Source: Tubulanus polymorphus (Eukaryota > Animalia > Nemertea). Taken from it: DNA of 64,000 nt. Under the pieces are notes generated by a model. That model worked only from the letters and a program-made list of their open reading frames with translations. It did not search any database and had not been told where the DNA came from. Each line of letters starts with the position of its first letter. Position 1 is the stretch's first letter. Location: contig NC_134035.1 of assembly GCF_964204645.1 (NCBI RefSeq), positions 11,812,451 to 11,876,450 on the forward strand. The letters run 5' to 3'. This document shows positions 24,753 through 36,542 of this stretch, one piece after another. The translations under genes were made by a program, and so were the position numbers.

Positions 24753-26110
24753 TCCGTTTTGCTTTTTTTTGCGGTTGTTGCACCAGACGTAATTCTGAAA
24801 TTACCATACAACTGAAAATTTCATAGCACCTGCGCGCAATTTCTCTAAAGAGGTATCGAGTTGAAGTCGGTTTATTAGCAGGATCCGAGATACAAGTGTC
24901 TAGATACGTAGCTTGCCCTCGACTGTTTTACGAAGAAAAATTAAAATTGTTTTTCGGATTAGTTTTGATCGTTACGACGTGATTATCAAAATGATTAGTT
25001 TTAGTGAGAGTGAATTTGTTATTGAAAAGAAAGTTTTCATTATTCCATTGTTGAAAATTGAAATTTCAAAAAATTGAATTGTCGAACATGCTACAATTCA
25101 ATTCAATTCTCATCGACATATGATGTACCCAAGCATCAATCAATTAAACCCAGCATTTCTCAGGCCATACCTACTAGCAATGGAAATCATGAATACAGTT
25201 GATAGCTCTGAGATCAACTGATGGGATTGTGGCAGGCCTGAATAATGCTGGGAAGGTCCACAGGATGAGACAATCTTGAAAAGCACCCGTTTTGTATCCC
25301 TGACACGCGGGAGATCAGAAGAGGCTCGATACACGAACCAGAGGGCAGGCAGTTCTAGCACCAGACAATCTCTAAGTCATATTCGGTGCATCAATAGGGC
25401 TTTAGGCTGATTCAGGATTGAGTTGAATGTGTGCTTTTTGAGTTCATAGCTTCTGAACTGTATTTGTCCCCGAATAACTCAGCCACTGCAATGAACTCTC
25501 CCTTTGCAGTCAGTTTGAAAATACATTACCTCAGCCTTATGAGTAGTCGTGGAGTTGAAGGTCTACCACAGCTTCATCTGACAAACTCATAGGTGAAGGC
25601 CTAGTACTGAAACAGAAAAATGCAGAAAAATTGTTACAGTAAAAACTAGACAAGATATCAAGAGCGGGAATATTTTCTAAATAACAGGGGTGGGAAGCAA
25701 TTTTTCATTGCTGCGGCCAAATACCAATTTTGGACAGGTTCTAAATATTGCCGCGGCAAATTTACTTAATTTCTTCAAGAAAAAAGATGTCATTCACTTC
25801 AGTAAATTATTGCCGCGACTTCCAACGCCACTGAATTAAGTGTTGAACAGACTTTTGATCAATAGTATGTCACATGCGTGAGGTGGGGGGTCAGGTTGAT
25901 GACTTTACTGTAGCTTAGTTATAGACTAGACCGCTGTCAAGTTAAGCTAGGCTGATTTTCCTGCCTCCTGCTGTCATGATGGGTGGAGTCAGAAGAGTAC
26001 CGCGTAAAAAACCACTCAACACTCACAGTGACGTCGTCAGTCTGGTTTATAAATAAATACTGACTCTGACTGACGAGACGACGAGAAAAAAATATGCCTT
26101 GCCTACTTAC

Positions 26111-26280
26111 GTTAGGATTGTGTATTTTTCTAATCGTAAATCAGTGCCAGGCCTTTCTGAATGGTTCTGTATGCTGGATATCTATTCAGAGACGAAGATT
26201 GACGGTTCAGATTTGTTTTGAAGCGAGAGTTCAGGCCGGGATTCTCGATCGTACGAGGAACGACCGACGCGGATAACGAA
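26111..26280 (-). other. Putative non-coding first exon for the MS4A-like cluster, head-to-head with DIABLO
   Basis: CpG-containing, ATG-free segment ending in a consensus donor (minus strand aac|GTAAGT at 26110). Upstream boundary approximate. Confidence 0.4.
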
Positions 26281-26487
26281 TAAATTACACAATTTCTAAT
26301 TCAGTTATCGATGAAATGGTCTTCATTTCATGATTTTTTATTATCTTATCATTCGAAATAAACATTTCTGTGGTCATAAGTGAATATTTTTATTCACAAT
26401 TCAATCTTAGAGATAGATTTTTGCGTTTTGGGCTTAAATATTTATTGATTTGATTTTAATATGCGTTTGCGTTTTAGATATTTCAAA

Positions 26488-29400
26488 ATGGCGGCGCCCA
26501 TGAAAATTTTAAATCTCGCTAATTTTGCCCGAAAATGCTCTCTAAAGTGGCGATACGTTCAAAGAATCGGCTCCAATTGCAATCGTATGCGTAGAGTAGT
26601 TACGGCGGCTCCTTTCGGAGTTTTGATCGCCGCCACACCGGTCGTGGCTAAGTCAGAAAAAGATGACGAAATGGTGAGTAGATTTTTCCCCTGACCCATA
26701 TGCCATGGCAATGCCAATGGCATCGTATGATAAAGATATTTTGAATTGAATTGAATAGCCTAATAGAGGCCTAATTAAATCGGCGATCAAGGCTAACTAA
26801 ACGGTCCAGATTCAAGAATCTAAATTATCGTAGTTGTTACTGTAGCGATCTTTCAAGCTAGATACTAGATAATGATATAGTGGTCTTGTGGATTGTGAAA
26901 ATATCCGATCGTGAAACTAAACCACAGACAAGTTACTGACTAGGCCCAACCATAACCTGAAACAACACTAGCGCCTCCTCTGGATCCGCCCCTGTCAAGG
27001 TAGATTTGAAAATGAACATTCAGTTCATTTCTGACATTCCAGCTGATCGATTATTAACACTGTACAAGATAGATATATTCTGACATGGATCTGTCTTATT
27101 ATCTTATTAAGGCAGATGATTTTTTACGAAATTTTTGCCCACTTTTATTCTATTTTCAGCAATTAGCGCTCAGTAACAAGAGACTGATACAAAACGCTGC
27201 ATTAGCGACAGTTGATGCGTCTTCTGCGATGTTAAACCAAGCTGTGATGGCGTTGATTTTAGTGGAAGATGAATACACTAAAGTAAGAATGTACATACAT
27301 TGTTTAACCACGGCAGGTTTAATAGTTGAATGTACATTGTTTAACCACGGCAGGTTTAATAGTTGAATGTACATTGTTTAACCACAGCAGGTTTAATAGT
27401 TGAATGTACATTGTTTAACCACAGCAGGTTTAATACTTGAATGTACATTGTTTAACCACGGCAGGTTTAATATTTGAATGTACATTGTTTAACCACGGCA
27501 GATTTAATAGTTGAATGTACATTGTTTAACCACGGCAGGTTTAATACTTGAATGTACATTGTTTAACCACGGCAGGTTTAATAGTTGAATGTACATTGTT
27601 TAACCACGGCAGGTTTAATACTTGAATGTACATTGTTTAACCACGGCAGGTTTAATAGTTGAATGTACATTGTTTAACCACGGCAGGTTTAATAGTTGAA
27701 TGTACATTGTTTAACCACGGCAGGTTTAATAGTTGAATGTACATTGTTTAACCACGGCAGGTTTAATAGTTGAATGTACATTGTTTAATAGTTGAATGTA
27801 CATTGTTTAACCACGGCAGGTTTAATGGTTGAATGTACATTTTTTAACCACGGCAGGTTTAATAGTTGAATGTACATTGTTTAACCACGGCAGGTTTAAT
27901 ATTTGAATGTACAATTTTTAACCACGGCAGGTTTAATAGTTGAATATGTACATTGTTTAACCACGGCAGGTTTAATATTTGAATGTACATTTTTTAACCA
28001 CGGCAGGTTAAATAGTTGAATGTACGTTGTTTAACCACGGCAGGTTTAATAGTTGAATGTACATTGTTTAACCATGGCAGGTTTAACAGTTGAATGTACA
28101 TTGTTTAACCACGGCAGGTTTAATAGTTGAATGTACGTTGTTTAACCACGGCAGGTTTAATAGTTGAATGTACATTGTTTAACCACGGCAGGTAGCTAAA
28201 GAGCTCACCGCGACAATCGATTACAGTTTACAAAACTTGGACAATGAATTCGCTCGAATGAAGGCGTGGAATAAAATCAATGATTTTCGAGACACGTTGT
28301 CCGATCTAAAAATCAAACGCGAGGTAGGGGTTGTTTTCTGTTTTTCGTGTTCTCGGTTTTCGTGTCGGGCTTGTTAGTAGAGTCGTCAGTGATTTTGATT
28401 GCCCTAAATGAGTAAAATTTTGATTGGCATTAGATTTGAAATGTTTCGATTCGGCGCATGGATCCTAAACCGGAGGGATCTGTAAAATCCTGCTCGAATC
28501 TTGAAGATGTAGAAATTAGCTTTTTGTGCCACAATGATTTTAACCGAAAGATATAAAACATCAAAAGAATTATTAAACATTGTTGGTTTTCAACTTCAAA
28601 TTTCTTATTTTAAAATCAAACCCCATTTCGTTTCTGGTAAGTGTGGTGGATTTACAAGTTACACCGAACCACATCTGCAAATCAGATAAATAAAACGGGG
28701 ACAATCCCCATTTCAAGGTCTAAAATCTTTCAGGTTTGTTTTGTTGTGCGTGAGACGCTTATCAGCGAAAAGTTAATCTAATCTGGATATATGCTTGAAT
28801 GTATGCAGGTTTTTATTGCACAGCGAACTCAGCTTAATCTGGATCATTCGGGACTGATGAACCCAATCCGGTTTATAAATGAAAAATCCAGATTTGTCCG
28901 GAACAAATCGGGTTTACTGCGAATATTTTAGATCGGGGATCAAAATTACTAAGTGACGGATGGGCTGTAAAAAACCCACTACAAAATAAATATAAACAAC
29001 TGTTATTGTTGTTTCCTTGCGTTTCAGGTGGAATCATTCCACCCATCTTCAGAGTTTATTAGAAATGTAAGGAAAAAACAAAAGCTGTTGCTTAGATTTT
29101 GTATTGTGTGTTTTCCCGCACGGAGAGACTATCCATCACTGTAATTACTAATAACTACTATAAGCGACTCTGTGTAATTTACTGATAATTGAATATACAA
29201 AGACCGCCGCCGCGACACGGAATTCGAGGGCATTTTCGAGTTGTTGTTTCAGCTTTCTTTTTTTTTGTTTTTTACCGTTCGTTGTTAGGCGTTAACGAAA
29301 CTTGTAGCGCTCTTAGAGAAACGCATACAGTGCCTCGGCAACGAGTTCGCGCAGCAGGAAATTTGGGATGAAATTATCGAGGCCCGTAGCGCGGTTAACG

Positions 29401-32096
29401 AGGGTAAAACGAAGAAATCGGTATGTACTAATTATATGCGTGGTGAATTCCGGTTGACAGAGTGAGGTCTCAGGTGGAGCGTTCAAAAAGTATGTACCCC
29501 ATAATTTTCCGACTTCCCCTCCACCTCTACTTACTTTGTGCATTAAGTTTCCTTACTTCCCTCTGAGATACGCACATACCATGTCATTAATCCCCTTCCT
29601 GTCAGTATTCAATCTTGACAATCACTAACCTGTTTTGATTTTTTTAAAATCAAGGACAAAATTTTCTTTCCAAAAGTACTTTCATTAGGCTACACTGCAT
29701 TAACACAAGAAGTGGTGATTTGTATTTGAGTATTTGGTGCATTGAGTAGAATCCAGATTGATTCAATCGGTACCCCATGATGATTATGTATTTTTTCTGC
29801 TTCAAACCCCCAAACCTCCCACTCCTGTGTACCTTGTTTGGTTCTGAAAATTCAAACCCTCGCCCCCATAGTGGTACATACTTGACGAACGCTCCTTTAT
29901 TTTAAGTAGCTGATTCGGGCCGTTCGTAGAATATCCTGCAACTTTAAGAATTAGTGCAACAGAATAAAACAGATTTACCTAGAATTTGTTCGCTTACTTT
30001 AATTCCGTTGTGGTCAAACAAGAGTTTCTTGATTTGGTACCAACACACTTTCATTTTAGCGCACTCGTCAAAAGTGGATTTTCATTTCCAAACTTAATTT
30101 TGGCACGCTCAAACAAAGGACCATCTATTTTGGCACCTGTACTTAAAACCCGTTTTCATCTTAACATCTGCGGCAAAAAGGAATTTTCATTACCGTGAGA
30201 GCACCAAAATTGATGAGGATTTTTTGTGCGGCAAATCACATTTTTGGTAGCCAAAATGAATGTCTGTTTTGATGGTTGTCGAAAATGGATATTCTTTGTC
30301 TTATGAAACAGATTCTTCTTAAAAGAAAGTTCCAGGCATTTTGTGTGGCTTACAATTGCATGTGGGATATTTTCTATTTTGAGGCGTGAATCAGCGACCA
30401 TCGTCAATAAAAACCACTACTTCTACATCAAACCACGTTTCAACTCATCTCTTCTGTATTGTGTTGATGCACTGTGTTCATATATTTTTAGATATTTTGT
30501 GAATAAATTCAATTTTTCCACGATCTCTCTTAATCATACACATACCAAACTGCTGTATACTACTTTATTGTACATTTTGACATGTTTTCATTCCTGTTGT
30601 ATGCGACGAGGTCAGCTGTACTGCGAAGTATTCTTTAGGAGTTACTACATTTTAGTTAGTCGCGCTACACCCCTCCCCCCTTCATTTGAAACCTCATTCA
30701 ACAACAGATTTACTATGACAGTAACACTAAACAAGTCTAATAAAGCGTAAAATGGATTCCTAGTCTTATTTTTGGTGAGCTTAAAAAACTGGCCGCCTAT
30801 TTACCCTGTACATTAATTACTTTAGAATCATGATCAAGCTAACACAGTAACAGACAGGGGCGGATCCAAATGCCAATTTTGAAGGATTAACACCAAAAAA
30901 ATGGGCCCTTTGATGTCCAAAAGGGCAATTTGGTGTACTGCCACCACTGAAATGATGCACCAATTATCTTTTTTGACAAAATGAAAAAAGGCACTCAAAA
31001 ACATTTGAAGACATTTGTACAAGTCCCACTGGATCCGCCCCTGTCGGACAGAAAGAACTGATTACAAATTGATAAGGAAATAAATATCATTGAATAAGAA
31101 GAGATTTTTTGTAAAACAATCTCATTGAATTCATTGATCACAGTTTTATCATTGGCCGTATCAAAATCATGGTTACTTGAACTTGTTGAATGAGGTTTCG
31201 ATGTATTTATTCAAGCACCTTCTTCGCTTTGCTTTTGTGGGTTATTCATTCAGCTTTGTTTATGTGCTTTTGTATAATATATCTATCTACGTAAACTTCC
31301 ATTTATTATTGAATTAATGAAATACTCAGTAGTTACATCTACGAGCAATCATCTGAATGGTGAGCTGAGATGATTTCCGTACACTATACTATGGGCAGGA
31401 TAGGCGAATTAAGAAGTGTTTTCAAAAACCGATGATTATTCTTTCAGCATTATGAACAGATAGTTGAACACGCCGAAAAACTGCTCAATACGGCTGCAGA
31501 GGCTGCTTTTGTATCAGGTTTGTAGTATTACTTGTCGTTATTGATACCTGTCGTCGACCATTTTCCTTTTGAAAATGATACCTTATTGACCTGGCCTTAT
31601 CGACAGGGGCGGACCTAGGGTTAAGACCTGAGGATTACCGATTTTTTTAGGGCAATATGAGTTTGAAAAAAGGACCTGTAGCAACTGAGTTGTGAGTTAA
31701 AGTCAAACTCTGAAATAAAATTCGTTCATTTTCAACGAGTTAACTATATCGAGTGAAATTTTAATTAGGAACTGGTTCCAGGCACTTTGATATTGACAGG
31801 AAGAATACACGCTGTTCAAGAATTCTCCACACAATTCTGCCTTCGTTTGAAGGGTGCCCTTTTCACATGTTCTTTTCGACGAAATTGTCTAAATATTGCC
31901 TGAATATTTTTGTTCGTACGTAGGTTCCGAATACGCTAGCACGGTGGCCGGCGAGCACCTGTACAGCGCGCAAGTAAAAAAGGAAATTCAACGCCGCGAA
32001 ACGGAACGCGCCGAACGCGAACTGCAAGCGATGGAAGTAAAAAGTATCAAAATGACGAGTAAACACGCGGAGAAACAGACGAAACAGCGAGGATGA
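26488..32096 (+). CDS. DIABLO: Smac/DIABLO homolog (mitochondrial IAP antagonist), about 227 aa with one exon 3
   Basis: Exons 26488-26673, 27160-27282, 28192-28323 (3a) or 29289-29420 (3b), 31448-31517, 31924-32096. Arg/Lys-rich presequence, then GVLIA|ATPV (IAP-binding-motif-like, cf. human GVTLC|AVPI); ALILVEDEYTK, IWDEIIEAR, AAEAAFVSG match Smac as recalled. Confidence 0.88.
27283..28191 (+). repeat. 37-bp minisatellite (about 24 units) forming the whole intron between DIABLO exon 2 and exon 3a
   Basis: Unit gtttaatagttgaatgtacattgtttaaccacggcag. The array starts at the GTAAGA donor and its last CAG is the exon-3a acceptor. Confidence 0.97.
28192..28323 (+). CDS. DIABLO: DIABLO alternative exon 3a (132 nt, phase 0/0)
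   Basis: VAKELTATIDYSLQNLDNEFARMKAWNKINDFRDTLSDLKIKRE; cag|...gag|gtaggg. Confidence 0.7.
29289..29420 (+). CDS. DIABLO: DIABLO alternative exon 3b (132 nt, phase 0/0)
   Basis: ALTKLVALLEKRIQCLGNEFAQQEIWDEIIEARSAVNEGKTKKS; long pyrimidine tract, then ttgttag|, and donor tcg|gtatgt. Confidence 0.82.
30853..31045. mobile_element. MITE with TIR GACAGGGGCGGATCCA / TGGATCCGCCCCTGTC
   Basis: Matching TIR pair; related half-ends near 12235, 26981 and 31603. Confidence 0.75.
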
Positions 32097-32403
32097 GAAC
32101 GAGCGATTTTAGTTTAATTAGCTCGAATAATGTATATACGATGATGTAGTCAATTTTGTACACTTTCCAATGATTCGATGTATATCGATTATTAGTCGCG
32201 ATTTTATGTGATTTGAAGTCGTTTTCCACGGCGCGATACGCGTAACGGCAGAAAACGACGTTATAATCTTCGACATTTCTTTATTACAGTAGACTCCATT
32301 TGATCTTGGAGTAATCATTTGACCTCCAAGGTTTAACCCTGGGATTCTACTGCCTCGTACTAACGCGTGCTCCAGGTGATGTGTGGATAAAAGTTCATCG
32401 GGG

Positions 32404-32576
32404 TACAGTAGAACTCGCTGTAATTCAGATGACTACGGAAAAATGCCCAGATTTCTCCGAATTAAGCATAATCTGAATAATAGTTTACACGGTTCCAGAT
32501 AAAATGGACCAAATATTTCATCCGAATTAAGTGAAAAAGCAGATTGAGAAATCCGAATGAAGCCGGTTCTACTGTA
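32404..32576. mobile_element. Tc1/mariner-pogo-type MITE (TA|CAGTAGAAC ... GTTCTACTG|TA)
   Basis: TIRs and flanking TA visible. Confidence 0.7.
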
Positions 32577-32633
32577 ATTGTCGGACCTGCTCTGACTGTC
32601 CCGGAATTGACTTGGTCCCGCGAGATATGAGCC

Positions 32634-32788
32634 TACAGCGCCGATCTACTTTATTGCCCTTCTTATAAAAACCGATTAAAGTAAGTTTCGATGTTTGCTC
32701 GGGATCACATGATTACCTGTTAATAAAGCCATCCTCTTTCAGGGATGAGAACCGGGGTTACATGTATCTAAAGCGGGGATCTACTGTA
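32634..32788. mobile_element. Degenerate Tc1/pogo-type MITE
   Basis: tacagcgccgatctacttta ... taaagcggggatctactgta, imperfect inverted ends with TA flanks. Confidence 0.45.
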
Positions 32789-32930
32789 CACATCTTTCTG
32801 GTCAAGTTGAATAGTGTCTGTAGCGGTAGCTATTAATGTTATGTATTTCTTATCAACACGACAAAATGACCTCGTTAATCTAGTGTCCTAGAAATGCATT
32901 TACGTTTAGTTTAGATAGTAGATATTACTG

Positions 32931-33178
32931 TACACGAAAACCTCGTCTAACCTCGGCCGAACTGGGACCGGGTAGGGATAGAAAAACACGCCAGGGTCCA
33001 GTTCCACAGTTCCGAGTTAAGATTTGACTCTGAACTAACTCATTGAAAATGAACTAACTCTAACTCAGAGTTAACTCTAACTCACAACTGTGGAACTGGA
33101 CCCTGGATGTCAGTAAATCATCTCATTTTCAAGAACTCCCGAGTTTTCCATATTGGGAGTAAGGCGAGGTTTACTGTA
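32931..33178. mobile_element. Tc1/pogo-type MITE carrying a nested second MITE
   Basis: tacacgaaaacctcg ... cgaggtttactgta ends enclosing 32991-33106. Confidence 0.55.
32991..33106. mobile_element. MITE with 21-bp perfect TIR CCAGGGTCCAGTTCCACAGTT (possibly PIF/Harbinger-derived)
   Basis: Perfect TIR. Inverted copy at 59031-59143; same TIR with another interior at 51825-52016; degenerate copy near 31672-31782. Superfamily is inference. Confidence 0.85.
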
Positions 33179-34646
33179 CGGGATAGATCAGCCGTCTATT
33201 CACAACAACAGACGTATTTATAGTAAACACCTCGAACAGGTTCATCGAGAACCATTGGAGGTTCATCCACTGAGGCAACACTTTGGAAGAACCATTTGTG
33301 ATGATCGTATACGTTTCGTCATCAACCAACGCTATGTTGCAGAAGCATTGGTCGATAACGATACGAATTTACAACGATTAACTCGAAGTTGCTATTTGAA
33401 TGAACTTGATCTATAGCCGCGATCACACGAGCGTTTTGGCGCGACCAAAAACGTCGGGCCTGACCTGAGCCAAATTTTAGCACGAAACAAATGATTGTTT
33501 TGAATTGCAACTGCTTCTGGAAATACTCACTTCGCTTTGTTCGAGTGGTTTACGTGTGAGCGCACTCTCTCGATTAGCCACCGACCTGATCCGTGCCAGC
33601 CTGATCCGTGCCAATTTGGCCCGGGCCAAATCATGCCCTTGTGATCGCGGCTTATGCCATGCTGCCCGTCGTCTCGGGGATTGAGACGTAATTGTTGTTG
33701 TTTGTTGTTTTTCTGTAATTCTATGTGAACGATCATTAGATAGATTTGACACGCATTTAATTATCGATATAAAACGGTTAATTTATACTCGAATGATGAA
33801 TAAATAAATGAATAAAACTGGACGCTTTCTGTCTTTATTGACTGCCACGATGCTCAAAAATGGTGTAGAACAGTCGTCTCATTTTTCAAAGCAAATGTGG
33901 AAGCTGAATGAAGTGATGCGGATTCTAGTCAGTTTCTGTTCGTCTATAAAAGGCCAAATACCATTAATCGGGGGCGGAACGAGGACTGTAGAGGGCAGCA
34001 GTGGTGCAGCAGGAAATGTAAATATGGCATTCTCGCTGTTAACCCTTCGATGGATAATCAAATGAAATACATTCTAATTGCTCCTTTACACTTACCAAGA
34101 AACATAAGAACATTTAGGAAAGCAATGAACCTGCTTAGTAATAAATCGAAGCCGTGTAGAAGAAGTTCAATTGTTTTGACGTCACTTCCGAGAACACGAC
34201 ATTGAGTGTAAATAAAGATTAGTGAAATTCCTAATTTTCGATAATCTACAAAACTGAGGTAGTTTGCGTTGTAGTGGGGAGGGGGATATACGTTCGAATT
34301 TACCAATCTCGGATTCCACTTGTGGCGAGCGCGAGGATCCACCAGGTTGCGAGCCGTGAGGATCCACCAGGTTCGCTAGTGTGCATTCGGAAAACGATGT
34401 CACGATTTCTTCTCAAATTGATGAAACTCTATGCCTAATATTCCAAACTCTGCGAATGATGACTAAAACTCACGCTGTGATTATATGAACTCTATAGATC
34501 AAGCTCTGAGTTCATCGTGATTTGTCTAATGGTTTATTGCTTTTAACTTTATGTATCTTGATTGAGATCGTTTATTGATACACACGCCATCTGGCGGATA
34601 AGCCGGTGACACGGGTCCTCATTGGTAGGAGTCTCTATACATCGTT

Positions 34647-35618
34647 CTAACGCGACACGATAAATAGTTTATAGATTTCCTGGCGTACTTCGCCGCCTGA
34701 CAAGAGATAAAGGAAAAAGTTGATCGAATAATTGGTTACGTACATCAAAGATAATATTTCGTAAGCGGCCTGTACGCTATCGGTCATAGTACCGCGAGGA
34801 GCGATCACTTGGATGAGCCAGTGAGGCAGGGATAATCCCAAAAACGAAAACGTCAGAGTTAACATCATTACGGTTACGCGATTTACTTTCCGCTCGCCTT
34901 TTTCGTCGTGACTGCCGCCGCTGACCGATCGCGACTGTCTGACCAGAATTACCACGATTAACGCGTTCAAAATCATAATCGAACCGGCCGGTAAGTAGAC
35001 GACGGTGAAGCTGAAAAACTGAGCGGCTCGTTTCAATCGTTTGGCGTTGAAATAACAAGCGCCGTTATCGTGATACAACTGCCTGTTGTTCAGAGCGGCC
35101 AATAAACAAATCAGCACCAACGATACGGTGATGATTCCGGCGAATTTCAGCCGCAGAAATCGCCGCGCGAAAAACGGAAAAGCTACCGAAACGAACCGCT
35201 CCGAGGCGATGACCACCATGAACCAGGCGGACACGTGCTGGCTTACCGTCGGCAAAGAGTTCATTACGATACACTGGACGTCAGTGGTGATGACGATGAC
35301 CAATCGCCGTCCGAATTTCAACGAAAGAAAGTTCACCCAGTACAAGAAATGCGCGCACAAGACAACAGTGTCGGAAACAGCAATGGCGGTTAGATACAGC
35401 GCGTAGGTACGACGTCGAAGGACGGTGACGTTCATCACGACGACGATGAGAAAGTTACCCGAAAATCCGACGAAAATTATCACCGGTAAAACAGCCACCT
35501 CCATCCAGAATTTACTGGCGCCCATCTTAGCGAAATTTGTATATCTATTCATAACCTTGGATGGCCAATAGCCGGCGTATCTTTCGACAACGGTCACATT
35601 GTTCATCACCGAAATCAT
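34647..35618 (-). CDS. Intronless class A GPCR (323 aa), same broad subfamily as the tandem pair but distant
   Basis: GFSGN, IAVSD, QC before TM3, ERF at the DRY position, LP in TM6, NYSINFFLY in TM7. Confidence 0.92.
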   Translation of the reverse strand: MISVMNNVTVVERYAGYWPSKVMNRYTNFAKMGASKFWMEVAVLPVIIFVGFSGNFLIVVVMNVTVLRRRTYALYLTAIAVSDTVVLCAHFLYWVNFLSLKFGRRLVIVITTDVQCIVMNSLPTVSQHVSAWFMVVIASERFVSVAFPFFARRFLRLKFAGIITVSLVLICLLAALNNRQLYHDNGACYFNAKRLKRAAQFFSFTVVYLPAGSIMILNALIVVILVRQSRSVSGGSHDEKGERKVNRVTVMMLTLTFSFLGLSLPHWLIQVIAPRGTMTDSVQAAYEILSLMYVTNYSINFFLYLLSGGEVRQEIYKLFIVSR

Positions 35619-36378
35619 CGATATGAATGAACTTGGACAAGCGCCCGTTTATCCTGTGGCGAAAGGAAACTGGTGCTCTCTTATTCTGGTTATCTTCGGG
35701 TTGACTTCGGCTGTAGAAAATATATGTTGCACACGTCCCGCAAGTTCCACGCCCAAGAACCGCACGGTGTAGTCGTAAAAAACATAGACCAAATAAAGAT
35801 ACTGATATGTGTACGTATATTGTTTACTTAAAAATTGGATCGTTACTGAACTATAAATCAATCTCTACTAGAAATTGATTAAGACGATTGTGATTGTTAT
35901 GATATCCAATCAGAATCACGATAGTAGATAAAAAAAGAATTCAACATTTTATCAATTAATGTTTTATTCGTGTAAAAACATATTTTGGAACAATATACAC
36001 ATCATCGATCAAGTAATAATTGTAGACGTATCTCTGTATATTCTAAACGTGAATGAAAAGTAATTTGATAGACAATATTTCAGAACAATCTACATTATGT
36101 AAACTACGATTTCTCGATATATCGGTAAATCTATATATTGTGCATAGATTGGATTTTCGAATATATATGTACATAAAAATCACCTCACAATTTCTTATCG
36201 AATCCACGATCAAATCTACTACAATTTATCACATTCTGGTCGGCCTCATTTGATGCAGGCTCGAAGTTAGATACCGGACTAGTACGTGAAAAATTGGAAT
36301 TGAAAGAAAACATGGAACCCAGATTCGAGCTTTAACGAGATACAGTAGTGACGTACAATTATTTATGCTATTCACAAT

Positions 36379-36542
<164 letters not shown>

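Noticed and set aside
20234-24811. Long overlapping alternative-frame and antisense ORFs over the MS4A-like genes
   Set aside because: Expected shadows of GC-rich, codon-biased exons; Arg-rich and without domain features.
25140-25600. Coding-looking minus-strand segment with a donor near 25529
   Set aside because: Frames are interrupted and I could not recognise a family; may be an old transposon remnant. BLASTx would settle it.
27283-28191. 37-bp repeat as a CRISPR array
   Set aside because: No spacers and no cas genes; it is an intronic minisatellite.
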